Positions 26,760 to 33,106 of a stretch of DNA of 64,000 nucleotides are shown here, in pieces. The position numbers and the translations under genes were made by a program. The notes under the pieces are model-generated. The model saw only the letters and a program-made list of their open reading frames with translations, did not search any database and had not been told where the DNA came from. Each line of letters starts with the position of its first letter. Position 1 is the stretch's first letter. The stretch lies in sequence record MK568540.2. One strand, given 5' to 3'.

Positions 26760-26833
26760 GCGGGTATGATGTAATGGTAGCATGACGTCCTTCCAAGTCG
26801 TTCGTCTCGGTTCGAGTCCGTGTACCCGCTCCA
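26760..26833 (+). tRNA. tRNA-Gly (TCC)
   Basis: GCGGGTA start, loop CTTCCAA, T73-CCA. Confidence 0.9.
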
Positions 26834-26839
26834 AATTTT

Positions 26840-26913
26840 GGTCCCTTAGTATAATGGCAGTACGTCTCTTTTACACAGAGAAAGAAGTGGCTCGATTCCA
26901 CTAGGGACTACCA
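26840..26913 (+). tRNA. tRNA-Val (TAC)
   Basis: Loop TTTACAC, CCA. Confidence 0.88.
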
Positions 26914-26936
26914 TTCTTTATTATGAGAAATAAATT

Positions 26937-27176
26937 ATGACTCCTGTATTACTTGAAACTCACGAATACGTAAACCCGAATCAAATTGAAAAGCTTCAAC
27001 GCATGGACAGACTTATGTTTGACTGTTGGCGCGCTGGGTTTAAGCGTAACAAGATTCTTGAGCGTGCTCTTGAAATTGAGTCTTCAACGACTGAAGCAGA
27101 TATCGAAATTTATTTCAAAAACATGTTTACAAGAGAACTATCGCCTGATAGAATCTACTTAAAGAAAACTGATTAA
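26937..27176 (+). CDS. Hypothetical protein
   Basis: 79 aa ORF with SD-like GAGA. Confidence 0.65.
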   Translation: MTPVLLETHEYVNPNQIEKLQRMDRLMFDCWRAGFKRNKILERALEIESSTTEADIEIYFKNMFTRELSPDRIYLKKTD

Positions 27177-27302
27177 TGCACAGGAAGCGCATTCGTTTGA
27201 TGTCGTAAACATCCCAAAGTATTGCAGGTAGCGACGGCGGTGTTGCTAGTAGATTTATCTATTTCTCCAAGACATAATGCAAACTTTTAAGTGTACTTTG
27301 GT

Positions 27303-27379
27303 GTGGCAGTGGGTGAAGTGGAAATACCCCCGGGTTGTGATTCCGGAAGATGCGGGTTCGATCCCCGTCTGTCACCCCA
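27303..27379 (+). tRNA. tRNA-His (GTG)
   Basis: Loop TTGTGAT, C73-CCA. Confidence 0.88.
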
Positions 27380-27391
27380 AAGTACATTTAT

Positions 27392-27465
27392 GCTCGAATC
27401 GTATAATGGAAGTATGACGGATTGCAAATCCGCAGGTCAGGGTTCGATTCCCTGTTCGAGCTCCA
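27392..27465 (+). tRNA. tRNA-Cys (GCA)
   Basis: Loop TTGCAAA, T73-CCA. Confidence 0.9.
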
Positions 27466-27467
27466 AT

Positions 27468-27544
27468 GCGCACGTGGTCCAATTGGCAGAGGCATGAGGC
27501 TTAAAATCTCAGGGATGGCGGTTCGAATCCGCCCGTGCGTACCA
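27468..27544 (+). tRNA. tRNA-Leu (TAA), short variable loop
   Basis: Loop CTTAAAA; 5-nt variable region. Confidence 0.9.
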
Positions 27545-27548
27545 AATT

Positions 27549-27649
27549 CTAGCATAAGCCGCGTTCTATACGAAGCTAGACTACCGCCGTTGAAAAACGG
27601 TCTCAGCCGAGCGAAAGCTGACAGGTGTTAGGGATTAAAGAGTCGCGGC
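27549..27649 (+). ncRNA. Pseudoknotted orphan RNA
   Basis: TCTAGC/GCTAGA crossed by GCCGCG/CGCGGC; inner GCCGTT-GAAA-AACGGT and TCAGC/GCTGA. Confidence 0.55.
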
Positions 27650-27660
27650 AGTTTATTCAA

Positions 27661-27737
27661 GCCCAACTAGTCCAATTGGCAGAGGCACTAGTTTCAAACA
27701 CTAGGAGTTCCGAGTTCGAATCTCGGGTTGGGCACCA
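27661..27737 (+). tRNA. tRNA-Leu (CAA), short variable loop
   Basis: Loop TTCAAAC; 5-nt variable region. Confidence 0.9.
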
Positions 27738-27743
27738 AATTCA

Positions 27744-27868
27744 CTTAGCAACGCGAATCGAAAGAGAGTGGATAGACCTGCTAAGAGTCCCGCTAGGTCT
27801 TTAAATTATCTAAAGTGGATCTGCGAAGCGCGTGGCACACGTCAGCAATAAGAGCAAATATGTGTCTG
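27744..27868 (+). ncRNA. Pseudoknot followed by a minimal CAGCAA-motif hairpin
   Basis: CTTAGC/GCTAAG crossed by AGACCT/AGGTCT; then GGCACA-CGT-CAGCAA...TGTGTC-TG (27834-27868). Confidence 0.65.
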
Positions 27869-27905
27869 AGCATGAGAGCAGCATGCCATTAATTGATGAG
27901 ACGTT

Positions 27906-27994
27906 GGAAGCATGGTCTAAAGGTATGACAGCACCCTGCTAAGGTGTCGGACGTTAATAGCGTTCTCTGGGTTCGATTCCCAGTGCTTCCGCCA
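27906..27994 (+). tRNA. tRNA-Ser (GCT)
   Basis: Loop CTGCTAA, long variable arm, G73-CCA. Confidence 0.92.
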
Positions 27995-27999
27995 AATTC

Positions 28000-28260
28000 G
28001 CAATAAGACATTGTACAGCAATCATTACAAAATCAAAGCAAACTTTAATAGTAATGAGGCGCACTAGCTGCTTTCTCAGTGATGACGTGAGCCTGTCGCA
28101 TTCTCATGGTAGGAAATGACCATTAAGACGGTGTTCGTACTGTCAAACGAAATAGGACTCATGCCGAATCATGAGTATTTTTCCGATGAGAAACATCGTT
28201 ATAGTCAATTGAGATTTAAGGAAAGACGATAAAACATTTCTCGAATGTCTGTGTATTGCA
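28000..28260 (+). ncRNA. Large CAGCAA-motif RNA L2
   Basis: GACATT-GTA-CAGCAA ... AATGTC-TG, outer GCAATA/TATTGC stem, many hairpins, 3' block shared with L1. Confidence 0.8.
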
Positions 28261-28266
28261 CATTAG

Positions 28267-28290
28267 AACCTGCCTTGAGCAGGTTTTTTT
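28267..28290 (+). terminator. Terminator ending the RNA island
   Basis: AACCTGC-CTTGA-GCAGGTT followed by a T-run. Confidence 0.85.
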
Positions 28291-28380
28291 GTTTATGGCG
28301 TTTGATAATTGATATAGTCTAAAGAAACAGTTAGATATGATTCTAAATACAGATGAACTCAAATCAATTGGAGAAATGTC

Positions 28381-28587
28381 ATGAGTGATAAAACATTCGA
28401 TAAGTTCATGTTAGAACTAGAAGAACAAAAGCCAGAAGATAAAAAGAAAAAGAAACGTTCAGTAAAAGATCGTGTCAAGTCTGGTGCAAAGAAAGCTGGT
28501 AAAGCTGCGAAAACTGGTGCTAAAGTAGCCGCTGGTGCTGCTGCGGTAGGTCTTGCAACTCAAGTAACAAAGAAATCTAACGAATAA
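28381..28587 (+). CDS. Lys/Ala-rich small protein, putative internal head protein
   Basis: MSDKTFDKFMLELEE CTS-like start; late-like CTAAATA at 28344. Confidence 0.65.
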   Translation: MSDKTFDKFMLELEEQKPEDKKKKKRSVKDRVKSGAKKAGKAAKTGAKVAAGAAAVGLATQVTKKSNE

Positions 28588-28814
28588 TGAAGAACATTCA
28601 TCAAAAGTCTCATGCTCGTGAAGGGCGTGGTTCTGGTAATGGGCACAATGAAAATTGGCGCAATGCACCTCTTTGGAAGAACATTGGTCCCAATGCTGAA
28701 AAGATTAAAAAGGAAGCAGAAGCCGCAGAGAAAGACGAAGAGATTGATAAACCCAATCTCGATGAGTTATCGCAGCGTGAGCGTATGCGCCGTTTACAAA
28801 GCATAGCGCATTAA
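28587..28814 (+). CDS. Hypothetical protein
   Basis: Translationally coupled (TAATG) 75 aa ORF. Confidence 0.6.
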   Translation: MKNIHQKSHAREGRGSGNGHNENWRNAPLWKNIGPNAEKIKKEAEAAEKDEEIDKPNLDELSQRERMRRLQSIAH

Positions 28815-28838
28815 TCTGAATTGGCGTAACTTCTCAGT

Positions 28839-28884
28839 GGGAGATATGTGGTCAAGGCAATAGGTTCGATTCCTGTGTCTCCCG
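28839..28884 (+). ncRNA. Armless mini-tRNA (acceptor plus T-arm only)
   Basis: GGGAGAT/GTCTCCC, ATAGG-TTCGATT-CCTGT; no D or anticodon arm; no CCA. Confidence 0.55.
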
Positions 28885-28912
28885 TATTCTATTAACTAAG
28901 AGGTGAGCAATC

Positions 28913-29125
28913 ATGGAAATACTTTCTGAAGAAACACTAAAAAGCATGGAATTGTCTGAAGTTTGCAAAGTACGCAAAACGCTTAATAAATTTATTGCAC
29001 GTCTGCGCAAAGATTTTCGAGACTTTCAATGTAACCGAGTTGATGAGAAATATTATAAAGAACATCTTATGTACTCCACGATTGTAGATCGAATGATCGA
29101 AAAAAAGTTACGCCATTCACACTAA
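28913..29125 (+). CDS. Hypothetical protein
   Basis: SD GAGGT; 70 aa. Confidence 0.65.
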   Translation: MEILSEETLKSMELSEVCKVRKTLNKFIARLRKDFRDFQCNRVDEKYYKEHLMYSTIVDRMIEKKLRHSH

Positions 29126-29126
29126 C

Positions 29127-29152
29127 AAAAAAGCCCCAATTAAGGGGCTTTT
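29127..29152. terminator. Bidirectional terminator (same core at 49360 and 60428)
   Basis: AAAAAAGCCCC-AATTAA-GGGGCTTTT between convergent genes. Confidence 0.85.
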
Positions 29153-29156
29153 ATTT

Positions 29157-29528
29157 TTATAGCTTATGTTGAATCATTAGCTCATGTAAACCTTCAACTG
29201 CAAAATCATTCAGCCTATCTAGCTCGACATCTAACTTGTCCATTGCCATTCTTAGTTCATCACTAATACCTTTCTTATAGCGTAGCTTATTGATCAGCCT
29301 CTTCGCGTCTAACACGTTCATCTTGATGTGTTCGTAATTATATCGCACTGCTTCATATCGATATTTGTTTTGCTTGGCTTTCTGTTCGATATGCAACAAT
29401 TTAGTGTGCATCTTGGCTAGTTTCTTAATGCTGCGCGAGTCAGCCCCTGCTTTGTATCTAGACCATTGTCTTTCAAACCAACCTTCGTTTAGGTACTCTT
29501 CAAAAGATTTTATTTTTTCGTCATTCAT
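29157..29528 (-). CDS. Putative internal head protein
   Basis: KIKSFEEYLNE CTS-like start; GATAAATA late-like promoter at 29562-29569 (minus). Confidence 0.65.
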   Translation of the reverse strand: MNDEKIKSFEEYLNEGWFERQWSRYKAGADSRSIKKLAKMHTKLLHIEQKAKQNKYRYEAVRYNYEHIKMNVLDAKRLINKLRYKKGISDELRMAMDKLDVELDRLNDFAVEGLHELMIQHKL

Positions 29529-29593
29529 GTGTTGACTTCCTGTTGTTAAACCTGTATCATGTATTTATCGGAAATAACTAACGAGAATTTACT

Positions 29594-29941
29594 ATGTTTG
29601 TAATGATTGATGATATGCGTGATATCGATAAGTTCACTGCGCCTGAAATTTCCGCAGATCAGAAGCTTGTTTTGCGTACGTATGAAGACGGTATGAAATT
29701 CGTCAAACATACGAATCTTACAGATATTACTTTATTCATGGACAATGATCTAGGCGGTGCTCTTGGTCATGAGGGATATGATATTCTCTCTCATGCAATT
29801 GATCATCGTAACTTCCCACGCACAGTTGTTCTAGTAACGAGTAACCCTGTTGCTCACTCTAAGATGACTATGATGTTGATGAGTACACTTCAATATAAAC
29901 GTGTGGGTTCTATCTTTATGAGGCAAGATACATGCACTTAA
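29594..29941 (+). CDS. Cyclic-phosphate-processing receiver-like domain protein
   Basis: VMIDDMR and FMDNDLG...EGYDIL, V..SNPVA pattern; early promoter TTGACT-N17-TATCAT at 29532. Confidence 0.65.
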   Translation: MFVMIDDMRDIDKFTAPEISADQKLVLRTYEDGMKFVKHTNLTDITLFMDNDLGGALGHEGYDILSHAIDHRNFPRTVVLVTSNPVAHSKMTMMLMSTLQYKRVGSIFMRQDTCT

Positions 29942-30297
29942 ACGTAATTTCTGCTGCTGCAAATGCAATTAGAGTCACTTTACCAAATGGCGAAGAGAGG
30001 GATATTGTTGTTGCAGATAGCTGCCATTTTGGTCGAAACATGCAAGGCGTGTTTAAGCTATTGAAAGAACTTGGCTGTACATATGAACATCGAAGCGAAC
30101 TTGGTGATCGTGGGCAGGGATTCATCAATTATTGTGGTGAATACTTCAATCGCGCTGATGCTTATGAACTCGCGAAAGAAAGCGGTCAACCATTCAATGA
30201 TGGGTACACGCTACCAGATATTGACGGTGATGGTCGTCCTCGTCTCGATAGTTCATGCATTCGACATTTTTCAAAACCAATTAAGGAATATCTATGA
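29932..30297 (+). CDS. Hypothetical protein
   Basis: QGFINYCGEYFNRADAYELA motif, seen in small phage proteins. Confidence 0.7.
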   Translation: MHLNVISAAANAIRVTLPNGEERDIVVADSCHFGRNMQGVFKLLKELGCTYEHRSELGDRGQGFINYCGEYFNRADAYELAKESGQPFNDGYTLPDIDGDGRPRLDSSCIRHFSKPIKEYL

Positions 30298-30629
30298 GCA
30301 ATCTATATGATATTTTAACTCAACGAGTCAAGCAGAATCGTTCAAAACGCGAAGAATTGTTCGTCGTTGAAATGCGTAAATCAATTGAGCGTAAGATCGG
30401 TGGTGTTTCGGGATTTCAGTTCCCGATTACGATTCAAGTTAATCTTGAACGAAATGAATGTTGTGATGAAATGATGACTCTCATCAAGAGTGTCATGCGA
30501 CGTGAGGGATTTCACAATTTCGATGCACAGTTCGGTCATTATTCTGGCGACCCTCGTGATGTGAGAGACTATTCATATTCTTTTGTGAAATTGACAATTC
30601 GAGAAAATAAACAAGCGGGGTTTCAATGA
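30294..30629 (+). CDS. Hypothetical protein
   Basis: Coupled ORF; weakly similar to the next ORF. Confidence 0.65.
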   Translation: MSNLYDILTQRVKQNRSKREELFVVEMRKSIERKIGGVSGFQFPITIQVNLERNECCDEMMTLIKSVMRREGFHNFDAQFGHYSGDPRDVRDYSYSFVKLTIRENKQAGFQ

Positions 30630-30940
30630 TGCTTAGTCATGACGAACTTTCAAAACAAATTAATCAACGAGAGCAAATAGCTCGTAAAGTTCTTAGCGAA
30701 CATTATAATGCCGAGTGTGAAAAAGAATTCACACATGCAGTTGAAAACGGGGCTTTTTTCCCGATTAAAATCAAAGTACCAATTCACATTAGTGATTGTG
30801 ATAAGAAAGGTTCTGGTTTCATTCGTGCATTCTTCGAACAGCATGGCTACCGAAATTTACGCACTTGCTATGAATCTGGTGGTTATGTATCTGTTGAAAT
30901 ATTCAAAAATGGTACGAATATCAGTCGTCATTATCGATAA
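30626..30940 (+). CDS. Hypothetical protein
   Basis: Coupled ORF. Confidence 0.65.
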   Translation: MMLSHDELSKQINQREQIARKVLSEHYNAECEKEFTHAVENGAFFPIKIKVPIHISDCDKKGSGFIRAFFEQHGYRNLRTCYESGGYVSVEIFKNGTNISRHYR

Positions 30941-30951
30941 ATTAAAAAAGT

Positions 30952-30980
30952 GTTTACATGCATTAAAATTCGCGTATAAT
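30952..30980 (+). promoter_or_regulatory. T4-type early promoter of the DUF2828 gene
   Basis: AAAAAAGT-GTTTAC-N17-TATAAT. Confidence 0.8.
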
Positions 30981-30992
30981 CACTTCATCAAA

Positions 30993-31035
30993 GACATTTT
31001 ACAGCAATTAATTATGAGGAAATGAACAATGTCAG
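30993..31035 (+). promoter_or_regulatory. CAGCAA motif enclosing the SD and pairing with the start codon of the DUF2828 gene
   Basis: GACATT-TTA-CAGCAA-...GAGG...-AATGTC-AG; the ATG at 31029 lies in the 3' strand. Confidence 0.85.
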
Positions 31036-32465
31036 TATTTATGAACGCAATGCAAACAAACGATTCACGCACAGCAAACGGTGCAGTTACTCACAGCACT
31101 TCAGGTAACGAGTGTCTAAACTTGTTCTTCGGTATTGCTGCTATGCGTGGCAACGATCAGTCTAAAACACTGTTCGGTCGTGCGTTTGCAGAAAACCCAG
31201 AACTAGCGACTCGCATTCTTTTGTGGTCTCGTGATGTTCGAGGTGGTGCGGGTGAACGTGGTACTTTCCGTACTCTATTCACTAAACTTTGTAATGAACA
31301 GCCTGACGTAGCTCGTGCTGTAATGTCGAAAATTCCAGAACTAGGTCGTTACGATGACTTGATTTCTGCTTTCGGTACACGTCTTGAAAAAGATGCGATT
31401 ACAATGTGGTCGAACGCAATTGTCAATGACAAGAATGGTCTTGCTGCGAAGTGGTTCCCACGTGAAAACAGCAAAAACGGTCATGTGTTCAAGCGCACAA
31501 TCAAGTCTCTTGGCGTAACTGCGAAGCAGTGGCGTAAGATTCTGTCGCTTCTGTCTGACACTGTTGAGCAGAAGATGTGTGCGCAAAAATGGGATGCAAT
31601 CGACTTCGGTAAGTTGCCTTCTGTAGCGTCTGCTCGTTATCAACAAGCATTCGGTCGTAACGCTTCAACACGTTACACAAACTACATCGAGTCACTTCAA
31701 AAAGGTGAAGCGAAGATCAACGCTGGCGCATTGTTCCCATACGATGTCGTTAAGAGCGTTAGTCACGGTAATGCGTCTGTAGCGAACGAGCAATGGAAAG
31801 CTCTGCCAAACTACATGGAAGGTTCTGATGAACGCATCATCCCTGTTGTTGACGTGTCTGGCTCTATGAGCACGCCAATTAACGCAGGTACAGACCGTTC
31901 AGGTGTGACTTGTAAGCAAGTTGCAATGTCTCTTGGGATTTATGTTGCTGAACGCAATGAAGGCATCTTCAAAGATCAGTTCATTTCGTTCTCAAGCGAC
32001 CCGCACTTCCACCAGTTGCGCGGCTCTTCATTGAAAGAGCGTCTTGATAACATGAATCGTTCAGGCGAAGACATGAGTACGAACATCGGTAAGTGCTTTG
32101 ATGTTCTGCTAGAGCGTGCGAAGCGTGCAAATCTTTCACAAGAAGATATGCCAACCAAGTTGCTTATCATGAGTGACATGGAATTCGATCAAGCAAACAC
32201 TGGTGGTGGTTGGTACGGTCGCGGTGAACCTGCGAACTTCGATGCAATCAAAGCCAAGTACGCACGTGCTGGTTATGAAATGCCACAACTGGTCTTCTGG
32301 AACATTCGTGGTCGTCTTGGCAACGTTCCGGTTAAAGCTGGTGAAGCGGGTACTGCACTGGTATCTGGTTGTAGCCCATCTATCTTGACTTCACTGTTGG
32401 GTGGTGAGCTTGAGCCAATCAAGATCATGATGAAAACTGTAGGCGTCGAACGCTACAGCTTTTAA
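31029..32465 (+). CDS. DUF2828-type TROVE/Ro60-like protein with C-terminal vWA domain
   Basis: T.NGA..HSTSG..CL.LF, RDVRGGAGER, IPELGRYDDL, AKWFPR; vWA MIDAS DVSGSM, ST, LIMSDMEFD, VFWN. Confidence 0.8.
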   Translation: MSVFMNAMQTNDSRTANGAVTHSTSGNECLNLFFGIAAMRGNDQSKTLFGRAFAENPELATRILLWSRDVRGGAGERGTFRTLFTKLCNEQPDVARAVMSKIPELGRYDDLISAFGTRLEKDAITMWSNAIVNDKNGLAAKWFPRENSKNGHVFKRTIKSLGVTAKQWRKILSLLSDTVEQKMCAQKWDAIDFGKLPSVASARYQQAFGRNASTRYTNYIESLQKGEAKINAGALFPYDVVKSVSHGNASVANEQWKALPNYMEGSDERIIPVVDVSGSMSTPINAGTDRSGVTCKQVAMSLGIYVAERNEGIFKDQFISFSSDPHFHQLRGSSLKERLDNMNRSGEDMSTNIGKCFDVLLERAKRANLSQEDMPTKLLIMSDMEFDQANTGGGWYGRGEPANFDAIKAKYARAGYEMPQLVFWNIRGRLGNVPVKAGEAGTALVSGCSPSILTSLLGGELEPIKIMMKTVGVERYSF

Positions 32466-32474
32466 ATAAGTGAT

Positions 32475-32501
32475 AAGGGCGGCATTGTGCTGCCCTTTTT
32501 T
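32475..32501 (+). terminator. Terminator after the DUF2828 gene
   Basis: AAGGGCGGCA/TGCTGCCCTT followed by a T-run. Confidence 0.75.
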
Positions 32502-32514
32502 GTAAGAGGTGAAA

Positions 32515-33039
32515 ATGTTCGATTGGGAAGCGATAGAAACAGCTATCAATAACAGTCATCCAAATAGCACAATATACGTTGGGTGTGATAGTAAGCGTAA
32601 AAGTGACATGATTAGTTACGCGACTGTGATCATAATTCATCTTGAAGGTAGTAAAGGTGCTCAAGTGTTTAAAGCAGTTGAGACTGAACCTGCATACTTA
32701 TCATGTAAAGATGGTATCAGAAGTCGATTGATGAATGAAGTATACAAAGCGGGTGAAACTGCACTAATGGTTAAGCCAATGTGCGGTACTAGAGGCTTTG
32801 AAGTTCACGTTGACATCAACCCTGACCCCACACACAAATCTCACGTTGCTTATAACGAAGCTAAAGGCACGATCTTGGGATATGTTGGTCAAGAGCCCGT
32901 GTTCAAACCTGATGCGTTTGCTGCGTCTTGTGCTGCTGATTATGACGCAGTTCGAAGAGCAGATAAAATCGCTAAACGAAAAGAACTTAGACGGGCTAAA
33001 CGAAAAGCAAAGAAACAAAAAACAAAAGGGCGCAAATAG
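32515..33039 (+). CDS. RNase H-like YkuK (DUF458)-family protein
   Basis: IYVGCDS, RLMNEV, EVHVDINPD..HKS, KPDAFAAS.AAD. Confidence 0.8.
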   Translation: MFDWEAIETAINNSHPNSTIYVGCDSKRKSDMISYATVIIIHLEGSKGAQVFKAVETEPAYLSCKDGIRSRLMNEVYKAGETALMVKPMCGTRGFEVHVDINPDPTHKSHVAYNEAKGTILGYVGQEPVFKPDAFAASCAADYDAVRRADKIAKRKELRRAKRKAKKQKTKGRK

Positions 33040-33106
33040 CGCCCTTTTTTACGGCTATACTAAATACTGTCATATATTCTAATTTCAAACACATGGAATA
33101 ACGCTA

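Noticed and set aside
25027-27631. ORF-track entries overlapping tRNAs (e.g. 25027-25329, 25264-25527, 25811-26095, 26357-26539, 27291-27631)
   Set aside because: They translate through or antisense to tRNA/ncRNA genes and lack an SD; treated as spurious.
27744-27800. c-di-GMP-I riboswitch resemblance (GCAA..TCGAAAGAGAGTGG)
   Set aside because: The GACGCAAAG junction and tetraloop-receptor arm are missing, and no regulated gene lies downstream.
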